Below are positions 1 through 9,621 of a DNA stretch of 64,000 nucleotides, piece after piece; within the stretch, counting starts at the first letter, position 1; each line of letters opens with the position of its first letter. The stretch spans positions 228,241 through 292,240 of the forward strand of contig NZ_JADIKF010000038.1 in the NCBI RefSeq assembly GCF_016904945.1, in the 5' to 3' direction. The notes beneath the pieces are model-generated. The model was given only the letters and a program-made list of their open reading frames with translations, was not told the origin of the DNA and searched no databases. The position numbers and the translations under genes were made by a program. This DNA is from Dyella mobilis (lineage in GTDB: Bacteria > Pseudomonadota > Gammaproteobacteria > Xanthomonadales > Rhodanobacteraceae).

Positions 1-118
1 AATCGGGGTGGTGTGCCGAAAGGCACTTCAACCGATGGTTATGCTTGACCAATTCTTCGCAGCCTCGACTCACCGCACTACCCGACGTCTTCGCCAATCC
101 ACGTGGAAAGGAGCCAGT

Positions 119-1774
119 GTGAAACGATTAGCCGTAGTTATGGGAGCCTGCATGCTTGCCGCGAATGCGGTGGCGGCCGATTCGCTCATTCCCGCGCGCG
201 TGGAGCAGGCCATCCGCGATCGCGTGGCCGCCGGTGAAAATCCCACCGTAGTGGTGGCTGTGGTCGACGGCAGCCAAAGCGCTATCTATGAATTTGGCAA
301 ACTCGATAGCGGAGCGGCGCCTACCCCCTCAACGGTGTATGAGATCGGATCCGTCACCAAGACCTTCACCGCCACGCTGCTGGCCAACTTTGTCGTCAAG
401 GGGCAATTGCGCCTGGATCAGCCGCTGTCCACGCTGCTTCCCGGTTTTACCATTCCATCCAAGGACGGCAAGGCGATCACGCTGGCCAACATAGCAGAAC
501 AAAATTCGGGGCTGCCGCGCCTTCCCTCCAACATGAAGCCCGCCGATCCCACGGACCCTTATGCGGATTACGACGCGGCCAAGCTCAAGCAATTCCTGGC
601 CGCGTATACGCTGCCCAGGGATCCCGGCGCACGCTACGAATACTCCAACCTTGCGGTGGGCCTGCTGGGTTATGCACTGGGGCAACACGCGGGAACCGGC
701 TATCCGGCGCTGCTGAAGTCCACGATTTTCGATCCGCTGAAAATGAAAGACAGCTCCGTGGGCGTGAGCAACCCAGATCCCACGGGCATGGCCGGCGGAC
801 ACGATGCCATGGGAAAACCGGTACCCGGCTGGCACCTCGACGCGCTGGCCGGCGCTGGTGCCATCCGCAGCACCGGCGCGGATATGCTGCGCTATCTGCA
901 GGCCAATATGGGGCTGCTGCCTTCGCCGCTGCTGCCCGCCATGCAACTGGCGCAAACGGCCAGGACATCCGCGGGCAGCTCAACCGTGCAAATCGGCTTG
1001 ATCTGGATGACGCAGCATGACGGCCGCCAGCCGGAAATCGTCTGGCACAACGGCATGACCGGTGGCTACGCCAGCTTTATCGGCTTTACCTCCGACCGCA
1101 AGCACGGCGTGGTGATCCTGACCAATGCGCAGGTCGACGTTGACGATCTCGGCTTTGCTTCGCTGCGGCCGGACTGGCAACTGGAGCCGTCGCGCAAAAG
1201 CGTGGCGATGTCGCCGGACCAACTGAAGGTCTACGAAGGCGCATATCAGTTGTCGCCCAAGATGGTGTTGAGGCTCAGCCTGGCCGGCGACCAGCTGATG
1301 GCACAGGCCGCCGGCCAACAGGGCATTCCGATCTACCCTTCCAGCCGCGACGAATTCTTTGCGCGGATCGGCGGGATCAGCATGAGCTTCAAGCGCAACG
1401 CGGACGGCAGCATCAATCGCCTCGTGCTGCATCAGCACGGCGACCATCCGGCGCCGAAAATCACTGAGGCCGCCGCCGCTTCGATCGAAGGCGTCAAGGA
1501 GACCACACTTGATCCCGCCGTGCTGCAGCAGTATGTGGGGCGTTACAACCTCGTGCCGGACGGCACCTTCGTGATCACGGTCGATCAAGGACAGCTGATG
1601 GCCAAACTCGCCAGCCAGCCGACTTTTCCCATCTACGCCAGCGCCAAGGACCATTTCTTCTATCGGGTGGTCGATGCACAGATCGATTTTGAGCGCGATG
1701 CTTCCGGAAAGGTCACGGCGTTGGTCCTGCATCAGAACGGGAAAACGATGCGGGCGCCCAGGGCGGGCGGTTAA
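119..1774 (+). CDS. Class C beta-lactamase-like serine hydrolase with duplicated C-terminal ~60-aa domain
   Basis: S-x-x-K motif (SVTK) after a signal peptide (KRLAVVMGACMLAANAVAA). GTG start at 119 with an AAGGAG SD 5 nt upstream; the ORF frame extends to position 8. The C-terminal domain contains two homologous repeats (…PIYPSSRDEFFARI…LVLHQHG / …PIYASAKDHFFYRV…LVLHQNG). Confidence 0.8.
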   Translation: MKRLAVVMGACMLAANAVAADSLIPARVEQAIRDRVAAGENPTVVVAVVDGSQSAIYEFGKLDSGAAPTPSTVYEIGSVTKTFTATLLANFVVKGQLRLDQPLSTLLPGFTIPSKDGKAITLANIAEQNSGLPRLPSNMKPADPTDPYADYDAAKLKQFLAAYTLPRDPGARYEYSNLAVGLLGYALGQHAGTGYPALLKSTIFDPLKMKDSSVGVSNPDPTGMAGGHDAMGKPVPGWHLDALAGAGAIRSTGADMLRYLQANMGLLPSPLLPAMQLAQTARTSAGSSTVQIGLIWMTQHDGRQPEIVWHNGMTGGYASFIGFTSDRKHGVVILTNAQVDVDDLGFASLRPDWQLEPSRKSVAMSPDQLKVYEGAYQLSPKMVLRLSLAGDQLMAQAAGQQGIPIYPSSRDEFFARIGGISMSFKRNADGSINRLVLHQHGDHPAPKITEAAAASIEGVKETTLDPAVLQQYVGRYNLVPDGTFVITVDQGQLMAKLASQPTFPIYASAKDHFFYRVVDAQIDFERDASGKVTALVLHQNGKTMRAPRAGG

Positions 1775-1981
1775 ATCGGCGAGCGCGTGCATTCGACCCC
1801 GAACCCGGCACATTCGCCCGCCGGGTTCGTCGCGATCGCCATGCTTCACGCGGGAACACGTGATGGGCGTTACGTCGCATACCGATTGATTACCTCCGAG
1901 GTAATTGGCGCGATGAACTCGTGCGCCTAGAGTGGCTCCACACCGTCGATATCGACGTGCCATTCAAAGAGGACGCTCCCC

Positions 1982-2539
1982 ATGTCAGCCTTTCCCGTTC
2001 ACACCATCGAATCCGCACCCGAATCCTCCAAGCCCGCCCTGGAAGCATTGCAAAACACGTTTGGCGTCATCCCGAATATTGCCCGCGCCATGTCCACATC
2101 GCCTGTGCTGATCGGCAGCCTGGTCGGGCTGTTCGGCAAGGTCCACGGCGGAAGTTTTTCGGAACCACAGGTTCAGATCGTGCTGCTTACCAATGCGGTA
2201 ACCAATGCGAGTTCCTGGGCCGTGGCCTTCCATTCGTTCCTGGCTGCCAAAGAGGGTATCGACGCGGCGGATATCGAGGCCATCCGCGAGCGCCGGCTGC
2301 CCAAGGATGCACAGTACGCTGCGCTCTCCACGCTGGCGCGAACGCTGATCGAAAAACGCGGACATCTCGACGATCGCGACCGGTCGGCGTTTCTGGACGC
2401 CGGATTCGGCGAGGATCGCCTGCTGGAGGTTATTGCCATCGTCGCCGCATCGGCCATCACCAACTACACCGGCAACGTGACCTTGCCGCCGCTGGAGCAG
2501 GATTTTCAGGATTATCGCTGGCATGCGCCGAAGGCCTGA
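1982..2539 (+). CDS. Carboxymuconolactone decarboxylase family protein (AhpD-like)
   Basis: 185-aa ORF with a CMD/AhpD-like core (…GSLVGLFGKVHGG…); a clean intergenic region lies upstream. Confidence 0.75.
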   Translation: MSAFPVHTIESAPESSKPALEALQNTFGVIPNIARAMSTSPVLIGSLVGLFGKVHGGSFSEPQVQIVLLTNAVTNASSWAVAFHSFLAAKEGIDAADIEAIRERRLPKDAQYAALSTLARTLIEKRGHLDDRDRSAFLDAGFGEDRLLEVIAIVAASAITNYTGNVTLPPLEQDFQDYRWHAPKA

Positions 2540-2615
2540 TCGACCGATAGAACGCTTTTGGAGCGATGTTCGCAAACATGCACGCAAGCAAGGCTAATAT
2601 CCAGGCAAGACCTAT

Positions 2616-2888
2616 TAGGGCCTGTTAGCACTATTTTCGTGGCCCGCGCCGGGAGCTGTTTGCGCGCCAGCCAAGGAAGAGTGAGGGAGTGTACGTCCGT
2701 ACACGACCGAGCGATGACGCCGGATGGCGGGCAAACAGACCCGGCCCGTAGGGTTGCCGTAGAGTGGCCGCCATGCGGCAGCACGCGGCACCGGCTTGGC
2801 AGCCAGCCAAGTCAGTGCCGCGCACTACCACCTGACGACCACTCAACGACAACGCGGGCTACGAAAATAGTGCTAACAGGCCCTAGGG
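2616..2888. mobile_element. IR-flanked ~270-bp non-coding element (MITE-like)
   Basis: The 23-bp sequence gggcctgttagcactattttcgt (2618-2640) recurs as a perfect reverse complement at 2861-2883. The arms are extended by ccta..ggg and separated by 220 bp containing no credible ORF. Confidence 0.5.
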
Positions 2889-2896
2889 AGGTTCAC

Positions 2897-3724
2897 GTGG
2901 GCACCCCTCGCACGGATCGAACGCGGCCATCCACTGACCTTGGCGCCCTCCTGCGCCATTGGCGGGAAGTGCGCGGCGCCAGCCAATTGGGGCTGGCGCT
3001 CGAGGCCGGCATGTCCCAGCGGCACTTGAGCTTTATCGAAAGCGGCCGCAGCGCACCCAGTCGGCAGGTATTGACCAGCATCGTGCAGTCGCTGGATGTT
3101 CCGCTGCGCGAACGAAATGCCGTGTTCCTCGCGGCAGGTTATGCGCCGGTCTATTCGGAAGCACCGTGGAATGCCCATGAAATGCAGGGCATCACGCGCG
3201 CGCTTGAGCGCATGCTTCGCCAGCACAATCCCTATCCGGCCCTGGTCATGGACCGCTATTGGAATGTGTTGAACGCCAACGAATCGTCGCCGCGCTTCTT
3301 TGGCTCGTTTATCGACTTGGCGGCGCGCAGCGGTCCGCGCAACATGCTGCACTTGATGTTCGATCCCGACGGCATGCGGCCGTTCGTGCAGGATTGGGAA
3401 ATCGTCGCGCAAAGCCTGGTTCAGCGCGTCTATCGCGAAGCGACCGGGCGCGTCCTGGATGAACAAGCCCATGCGTTGCTTGACGAGTTGTTTGCCTACC
3501 CCGGGGTCGATCCGTCGTGGCGATTGCACGGATCGGTGGGTCCCGCTCCGAATCTGCCGATGATTCCCATCGGCTTCAAAAAGGATGGCACGGTCCTGCG
3601 GTATTTTTCGATGATCACCAGCGTGGGCGCACCGCAGAGCATTGCCGCGCAGGAGCTTCGCATCGAATCCTTGTTTCCTTCGGACGAGGAGACCGAAGCG
3701 TTGCACGAAGCGTGGATGTCGTAG
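2897..3724 (+). CDS. XRE-family HTH regulator with MmyB-like ligand-binding domain
   Basis: N-terminal HTH (LGALLRHWREVRGASQLGLALEAGMSQRHLSFIESGR) followed by an MmyB-like C-terminal region. GTG start with a GGGAGG SD; the upstream part of the long ORF 2558..3724 is the IR element. Confidence 0.7.
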   Translation: MGTPRTDRTRPSTDLGALLRHWREVRGASQLGLALEAGMSQRHLSFIESGRSAPSRQVLTSIVQSLDVPLRERNAVFLAAGYAPVYSEAPWNAHEMQGITRALERMLRQHNPYPALVMDRYWNVLNANESSPRFFGSFIDLAARSGPRNMLHLMFDPDGMRPFVQDWEIVAQSLVQRVYREATGRVLDEQAHALLDELFAYPGVDPSWRLHGSVGPAPNLPMIPIGFKKDGTVLRYFSMITSVGAPQSIAAQELRIESLFPSDEETEALHEAWMS

Positions 3725-3796
3725 GTTGAGTTAGCGCAACGCAACCTGACGTTTTTCGCGGAATTTGTTGGGTTACGCTGCGCTAACTCAACCTAC
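3718..3796. repeat. REP-like palindromic element pair between convergent genes
   Basis: gtaggttgagttagcgcaacgcaacc … ggttgggttacgctgcgctaactcaacctac form an inverted pair. The same unit recurs at 25326-25425 and 25505-25595. Confidence 0.7.
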
Positions 3797-4274
3797 GAAT
3801 CTGCAGCGTCCAATGGACCAGCACTTCTCCGTTGTGGTTGAGCTCCGATCCAACGCTTGCAAATCCCAGCTTTTGCACGACGCGCGTCGAGGGAGCATTG
3901 AGTTCCCTCACCTTGGCCAACACCTCGCGAACCTGTCCGCTGTTGAAGGCGATCAGCACGAGCGCTTCGATGGCACGTGTGGCGATGCCGCGGTTTCGGC
4001 GCGCAACGGATACCCAATAGCCGATCTCCACCTGCCCATTGTGCGGTTCGCCTTTGAATCGGCAGCCGCCGATGATGGTGTCGTCGGGCTCGCGGATGTA
4101 GAAGCTGTTGCACCACGGAGGCTGCTGGCCTTGATAAACCAGGTTCAGCGATCGGGTGGCAACGGATGGAGGCGGCAGTGCGTCTTCCAGGGCGATATGG
4201 GCCAATCTCTCGGGAACCGAAGCCTTCGCGAAAGCGATCAGGTCTTCTACGGAAATCGGGTCCAGGGCGATCAT
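3783..4274 (-). CDS. GNAT family N-acetyltransferase
   Basis: 163 aa with an acetyl-CoA binding motif region (…VARRNRGIATRAIEAL…). Confidence 0.8.
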   Translation of the reverse strand: MIALDPISVEDLIAFAKASVPERLAHIALEDALPPPSVATRSLNLVYQGQQPPWCNSFYIREPDDTIIGGCRFKGEPHNGQVEIGYWVSVARRNRGIATRAIEALVLIAFNSGQVREVLAKVRELNAPSTRVVQKLGFASVGSELNHNGEVLVHWTLQIRRLS

Positions 4275-4575
4275 TCGTCAACGGCCTCATCACCTTGCAT
4301 ACGAATGTGAAGACTTGGAATCGCATTGGCCAAGCCGGCTAGAGCTTATGTCACCTTTTTATGAGATTGGTTCCGCTGAACGGCCAAAGTCGCCCTCTTC
4401 GCCCCTCGATCGCGCGAATCACGAAACAATATCGATGCTGAAGAGGGGTGCCGAGCGGCGACGTCTTTTACCTGAAGAGCGACTAGCCTAGGGCACTCTG
4501 CAACGGCGCCAAAGCGTGGGCACGGGGTAACCACCTTGGCGGCACAGCGGATCTTCGTGTTACTGGAGCGCCGTC

Positions 4576-5262
4576 ATGAAAGACCTGATCAAGCGAATCC
4601 CCGTCTTAGGCCCCGTTGCCCGCAGCGTTTACCGGCGCTGGCTCAATCCCCCAAAACCGTTCCACGGCTCGGAAGATTATTGGGTGGAGCGATATCGCGA
4701 AGGCGGCAACTCCGGCGCGGGCTCGTATAACCGCCTCGCCGAATTCAAGGCGGAGGTGCTGAACGATTTTGTCGCCAGCCACGATATTCGCGAAGTCATC
4801 GAATTCGGCTGTGGCGACGGCAATCAGTTGACACTGGCGAAATATCCGTCCTATCTCGGTCTGGACGTAAGCCCGGATGCCATCGAGCGCTGCACCCGCC
4901 GCTTCGCCAAGGATGCCAACAAGGCGTTCATGCTGGTGCACGACTACGCGGGGCAGACCGCGCAGCTCGCGCTGTCGCTGGACGTGATCTATCACCTGAC
5001 CGAGGACGAGGTGTTCGAGCCGTACATGGAAACCTTGTTTGGCGCGGGGCGGGATTATGTAGTGATTTATTCCTCCGACAAGGACGAGCCGCACACGCCG
5101 TCCGCGCACGTGCGCCACCGCCAGTTCAGCCAATGGGTGCGCGCGAATGCGCCCGGCTGGCGATTGCTGCGCCACATACCCAATCGCTATCCCTACGCCG
5201 GCGACAACGACACCGGTTCACTCGCCGACTTCTATATCTATGGCAGGGGCAGCCTGACCTGA
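4576..5262 (+). CDS. Class I SAM-dependent methyltransferase
   Basis: Motif I VIEFGCGDGNQ. Confidence 0.75.
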   Translation: MKDLIKRIPVLGPVARSVYRRWLNPPKPFHGSEDYWVERYREGGNSGAGSYNRLAEFKAEVLNDFVASHDIREVIEFGCGDGNQLTLAKYPSYLGLDVSPDAIERCTRRFAKDANKAFMLVHDYAGQTAQLALSLDVIYHLTEDEVFEPYMETLFGAGRDYVVIYSSDKDEPHTPSAHVRHRQFSQWVRANAPGWRLLRHIPNRYPYAGDNDTGSLADFYIYGRGSLT

Positions 5263-5267
5263 GCGGC

Positions 5268-6341
5268 TCAGCCGACGTGCAGGACTCGAAAGCGATCGTG
5301 CACGTGCGGATCGCGATCGGCGACCTGCACGGGCGGCCAGGCCCATTGCCACGTGCTGATACCGGGCTGGCGGGAAAACGCGATTTTTCCGCGCGTGCCT
5401 TCGACCGTCACCTGCGACCAGCCATCGGCAGACGGCGCAGCATCTCTACGCAATAGCTCGGCAAGCACCAGCAGCGTGTCGTAACCCTCGAAGGCGACGA
5501 AGGACGGCGCCTCGTTCAAACGTTCGCGCAACGACGCCTCGACGCGCACGCCGAAGTCACCCAGGTGTTCCGGCAGATAGCGCAGGAACGGAATGGCGGC
5601 GCCATCGCTACCCAACAAGGCAATCCACTCGGCGAACTCCGGCTGGCCCGCCGGAGCACCGATCAGCACGTGGGCGAGACGCGGATCGCCGCGAACGGCC
5701 CTGACCAGCGACGCCGCCGGCTCGGGATAGCCGACGAGCAGAAGCAGCGCCGTAGCGCGGTGCTCGACCAGCTCTTCGCACAGTGCTTCGGCTGCAAGCG
5801 TCCGCGTATCGAGTTCCACGACGCTGCCGCCGCGCGAAGCGAGATGGTCACGCAAAATGCGCGTACCGGAAGCCCAGTACACACTCGGCTGAGTGGCAAC
5901 GGCAATGCGGCGATGCCCTGCCCCAATCAGAAAGTCCGCATAGATCCGCCAACCGTGCGATTGCGCCGGAGCCAGACGCGCCACCCAGTCTGCAGGTTGC
6001 TCGGTAAGCGCATCGAGCACCGCCGAAGCGCAAAGAAAGGGCAGGCCGAGCGCGTCGGCGCGGGCAGCGGCGGCACGCGCGACAACGCTGTGATATTCCC
6101 CGGCCAACGCGGCGACACCCATGCCAGCCAGCTCATCCACGGCATCGGCGGCCTTCCGCGGATCCGCCGCGGTGTCTCGCACGATCAGCTCGATGGGCTT
6201 GCCGCAGATCCCGCCGGCACCGTTCACCTCGCCAACAGCCAGATCCAGACCGGCAAGCAGATGCCGTCCCGCCTCGACCCAGCCGGGACGGCTAAGCGGA
6301 ACGAGTGCGCCAATGCGCACGGAGGATTTGCCTGTCTTCAC
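5268..6341 (-). CDS. Periplasmic-binding-protein fold protein (Leu/Ile/Val-binding / AmiC-like)
   Basis: Type-I PBP-like sequence. The likely GTG start (VKTGKSS…) overlaps the stop of the upstream membrane protein gene; the ORF frame extends to 6554. Confidence 0.6.
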   Translation of the reverse strand: MKTGKSSVRIGALVPLSRPGWVEAGRHLLAGLDLAVGEVNGAGGICGKPIELIVRDTAADPRKAADAVDELAGMGVAALAGEYHSVVARAAAARADALGLPFLCASAVLDALTEQPADWVARLAPAQSHGWRIYADFLIGAGHRRIAVATQPSVYWASGTRILRDHLASRGGSVVELDTRTLAAEALCEELVEHRATALLLLVGYPEPAASLVRAVRGDPRLAHVLIGAPAGQPEFAEWIALLGSDGAAIPFLRYLPEHLGDFGVRVEASLRERLNEAPSFVAFEGYDTLLVLAELLRRDAAPSADGWSQVTVEGTRGKIAFSRQPGISTWQWAWPPVQVADRDPHVHDRFRVLHVG

Positions 6342-6352
6342 CGGGACGGGAT

Positions 6353-6772
6353 TCACAGCGAGACATAACTCGCATAGACGAGCGCAAGCGCTGCCACGAG
6401 CGACGCGATGGAACCCAGCACGTTGCCGGTAAACACGAGTTTTGCACTGAGCGTGCTGCCAGAGGAAAGACCGCGATGACCGCTCATCGCAGCCAGCGGC
6501 AGCGAGAACGAAAAAGCATATGCGGAAACCATCAGCGCGATCGCCACCAACCACTTCACCTGCGCCGTCACCGCAAAAGACGACAGCAATGCCGCCACGG
6601 CGAACATGAGTATCGCGCCAATGGGCAGGCTGGCGTGCGCCACCCGCCAGGAGTGGACGATGTTGGCAGGCGCGTTACGGCTGATGGCGCGTCCATAAGG
6701 CGCACCGCAAAGCAGGCCGATCAGCAAAACGATACTTCCGTGAAACACGAGATGGCGTGCGGACAGGTCCAT
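6353..6772 (-). CDS. Small integral membrane protein (4 predicted TM)
   Basis: 139-aa hydrophobic ORF, translationally coupled to the downstream PBP-like gene. Confidence 0.6.
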   Translation of the reverse strand: MDLSARHLVFHGSIVLLIGLLCGAPYGRAISRNAPANIVHSWRVAHASLPIGAILMFAVAALLSSFAVTAQVKWLVAIALMVSAYAFSFSLPLAAMSGHRGLSSGSTLSAKLVFTGNVLGSIASLVAALALVYASYVSL

Positions 6773-6814
6773 GATTGCTCACGAGTAGGGTTCAGCGCCA
6801 AAGCTCTGGAGGCC

Positions 6815-7459
6815 TCAGTAGTCCCGGATATCCAGGGCGATGAAGCAACGCGCGCTATAACCTTTGTCCGTCGATGGCCAATTCAAGTGCCCCAGCAGAC
6901 GATCGCCGGCCAGCCAGGGCTCGTTATCCAGCAGCGCTTCGCTGGTGACCGTTCCATCATCCAGGCGGCGGTGGAACAGGCGGATCCAGTGCAGTTCGCC
7001 GCTCAGGGATTCGTTGCGAAGGGCTTCCTGCAAGGCGGGCAGCAAGCCGTCGGGCGCCGCGACATCGTCGCGATCGAACGCAAGCGGGCCGACGAAAATA
7101 TCCCAGTTGCGCACGCCGATGTCCCAGCTTTGCAGCTGGATGCGCCGATCGTCCGTGACATACCAGCACGCCGCCAGCAGCACGTGCAGGACGTTGCGCT
7201 CGAACGCGGCCAGCGCATCGCGCAGGCCCACTTCGCCGCGTCCGCTGCCGGCAAAGCTGTCCTCCATCTGGCGTTCCTCGCTGATCACCACGTCCACATC
7301 CAGCCGGCCCGGCGAATCTCCCTCTCCCTCGTGCCAGTTGGCGCGCACGGCGGGAAAATCGCCATCGGTCACCAGCCAGTCTTCATCGGGCTCCAGCTCC
7401 ACCTCGTAGCGCTCGAACAGGCGAAGCAATGCTTTTTGCAGGGTGTCGGAAGTGACCAT
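6815..7459 (-). CDS. Hypothetical protein (acidic, ~214 aa)
   Basis: Start at MVTSDTLQ… preceded by a GAGGT SD; the ORF frame extends to 7627. No recognisable motif. Confidence 0.5.
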   Translation of the reverse strand: MVTSDTLQKALLRLFERYEVELEPDEDWLVTDGDFPAVRANWHEGEGDSPGRLDVDVVISEERQMEDSFAGSGRGEVGLRDALAAFERNVLHVLLAACWYVTDDRRIQLQSWDIGVRNWDIFVGPLAFDRDDVAAPDGLLPALQEALRNESLSGELHWIRLFHRRLDDGTVTSEALLDNEPWLAGDRLLGHLNWPSTDKGYSARCFIALDIRDY

Positions 7460-7511
7460 GGCTACCTCGGGGAAATCGCGGCCGATTTTGTGCGAAAACG
7501 GACGGAAAAAA

Positions 7512-7862
7512 TCATTTGGTGAATTGCTTGGCCAGTACTTCGCCCGATCGAGGATCGATCGTGCAGGCAAAGCAAGCGTAGTTGAACACGGATAGAGGGA
7601 CTTCGGCGACGATGTCCGTATAGGCATCGATGGCGTGCATTCCGATGTCCTGCGCCCGCCACAGGTGTTCGCCGTTCAAGCCGAACCCAAAGAGATTGCG
7701 GGCAGGCTCGCCTCTGGGAAAGGCCATCCAATCGCACAGAACCACGATAACGTCCTCGATCCGCCGCGCGTCGATGATGGGAAACCCCACCTCGATCGGC
7801 CCGCCGGGCGCGTCAAGCCTGCTTCCCTGAAATTCCAGCTTCAAAACCCGCTCCGATAGCAA
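7512..7862 (-). CDS. Hypothetical protein (116 aa)
   Basis: Co-directional with and 52 bp upstream of the 214-aa hypothetical; no motif recognised. Confidence 0.45.
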   Translation of the reverse strand: MLSERVLKLEFQGSRLDAPGGPIEVGFPIIDARRIEDVIVVLCDWMAFPRGEPARNLFGFGLNGEHLWRAQDIGMHAIDAYTDIVAEVPLSVFNYACFACTIDPRSGEVLAKQFTK

Positions 7863-7919
7863 ACACCGCCATCATTCGGCGGTTCGTGGATCATTCTCGT
7901 TGCTCAAACGGCAGTGCGA

Positions 7920-8282
7920 TTATCGCGCAACCGCCGTCGAGAATCGCAGGCGATTGCCGTCGGGGTCGGTCACGACGATTTCCCGTGTTCCCCACGGCGT
8001 CATTTTCGGAGGATTGGCGATGGCCACGCCGCTGGCGTGGAACTTGCGGTAGCACTCGTCCACGTCCGGGACCGAAAAATACACCGCTCCGCCCACCTCG
8101 CAATCGCCGGCACGCTCGGTGAGGAAGATGGTCTGCCCCGACCGGGTGAGCTGGATAAAGAGTGGAGCGCCCGCCCCAACCTGATGCTGCCAATCGACCA
8201 TGAAACCCAGGCCATGCACATAGAACTGCAGGCTGGCGGCTGCACGGGTGATCCTGAGTTGCGGGATGACGGTTTGACTCAT
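7920..8282 (-). CDS. VOC/glyoxalase-bleomycin resistance family protein
   Basis: 120 aa with a glyoxalase-like fold signature (…GLGFMVDW…). Confidence 0.7.
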   Translation of the reverse strand: MSQTVIPQLRITRAAASLQFYVHGLGFMVDWQHQVGAGAPLFIQLTRSGQTIFLTERAGDCEVGGAVYFSVPDVDECYRKFHASGVAIANPPKMTPWGTREIVVTDPDGNRLRFSTAVAR

Positions 8283-8341
8283 GGCGCCCCTCCATTGCTG
8301 CCCGGTGGACTATACCCTTCGCACGGGCCAACGGGAGCCGA

Positions 8342-9526
8342 TCAGCGCTTTGCCGGCCGAAATTTCACCGTAATGGTATGGGCGGGCACACCGTGTTCGG
8401 CCGGGGCCTGCTTGAGATAAGCCATGGCCGCAGCGTCGTGTTTCAGATAGGCGTCGAGGAACTGCAAGGTGTAGCGCGCAACCAGCGCATAGCCCGTCGC
8501 ACCATCCTGCCGGCCATAGTCGTCCTTGTAACCCACCTTCTGCCACATCACCTCGTCGCGCTGATTCATGGCGCTGAATTCCTGATGGGCAAGACCCATC
8601 ACGTGCACGGTCACCAGATCGCCGTGGACCCATTGGTTGAGGACATTCGGCCCCTGGCTGGCTTCCTTGAAATAGCGCTGCTCGTCTTCGAGAGTGATAT
8701 CGCCCTGGGTGAAGGCGAGCAGCGGTATCTTCATCTGCTGCGGATGCACGTCGCCCGCTTGCTCTACCAGCGCAGGGAAGTAACGCAGGCTGCCGTCGAT
8801 CGATACCAGCGCATCGACACGGTTGCTCCGTGCGGCGGCGAAGAGGCTGGCGAGTCCGCCCCAGCTGTATCCCGCTACGGCGAGCCTGGACATATCGGTA
8901 TCGGGCAATGTCTGCGCATAGTTGATCAGAAAGGAGATGTCGCGCGCCTGCGCATTGACACCTGCGAGATCGAGCTTCATGTCGCGTGCGCTCGCACCGA
9001 TGCTTGGACTTGCGATAACCACGTAGCCATGGCTGGCCAGGTATTCGCAAAGATCGAAATTTTCCGGCGCGAGACCGCCGGCGCCCGGCGCGTAAATGAC
9101 GACGGCAAAATGTCCAGGCACCGGCGACGCATCGCGTACGGCCCACGACGACTGGGTCAAGGCAGGTGCCATATCGGCCAGGTTCTGCTTCCAGTCCTGA
9201 TCCAGCCGGGGCTTGCCGAAGCTGGTTTCCGTCGCCGTCACGTTGAGGTAATCCATGACGGTCATCGGTTTCGCAGCAGTCTTTTGCGCCGGATACCAGA
9301 TGAGTGTCTGCACCGGCCGGGAGTGCTCGCTCCGCTGGGACTGGCCTTGATGGTCGGCATCGCCCTGGAAGCTGCGCTCGCGATCGTATTGCTCGACAAC
9401 CTTCAATCCCACCGCATAAGGGCCGGGACTTTCCGTGAACTTGAAGATTTGAACGGCCTGCGCGTCGACGTGGAAAGAGAGTGCGCAAAGCGCAAGGAAC
9501 ACCATCGCAAGCGTCGTCAGGCGCAT
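8342..9526 (-). CDS. Secreted alpha/beta hydrolase (PAF-acetylhydrolase/dienelactone-hydrolase-like)
   Basis: Signal peptide MRLTTLAMVFLALCALSFHVDAQA and a GYSWGG nucleophile elbow. Last gene of the RR-HK-permease operon. Confidence 0.7.
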   Translation of the reverse strand: MRLTTLAMVFLALCALSFHVDAQAVQIFKFTESPGPYAVGLKVVEQYDRERSFQGDADHQGQSQRSEHSRPVQTLIWYPAQKTAAKPMTVMDYLNVTATETSFGKPRLDQDWKQNLADMAPALTQSSWAVRDASPVPGHFAVVIYAPGAGGLAPENFDLCEYLASHGYVVIASPSIGASARDMKLDLAGVNAQARDISFLINYAQTLPDTDMSRLAVAGYSWGGLASLFAAARSNRVDALVSIDGSLRYFPALVEQAGDVHPQQMKIPLLAFTQGDITLEDEQRYFKEASQGPNVLNQWVHGDLVTVHVMGLAHQEFSAMNQRDEVMWQKVGYKDDYGRQDGATGYALVARYTLQFLDAYLKHDAAAMAYLKQAPAEHGVPAHTITVKFRPAKR

Positions 9527-9621
9527 TGATAGGTTCTCCTCGAACCCGATTATCTGTGAAAAAGAAAGTGTTGCATAACCCAGTGGCGCACCGCTGGTTT
9601 CATAGCCGCGATCATTCACTA

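Noticed and set aside
4275-4575. 300-bp leader upstream of the SAM-dependent methyltransferase as a possible SAM riboswitch
   Set aside because: I could not identify a SAM-II pseudoknot core or any conserved riboswitch signature by eye. It is left unassigned.
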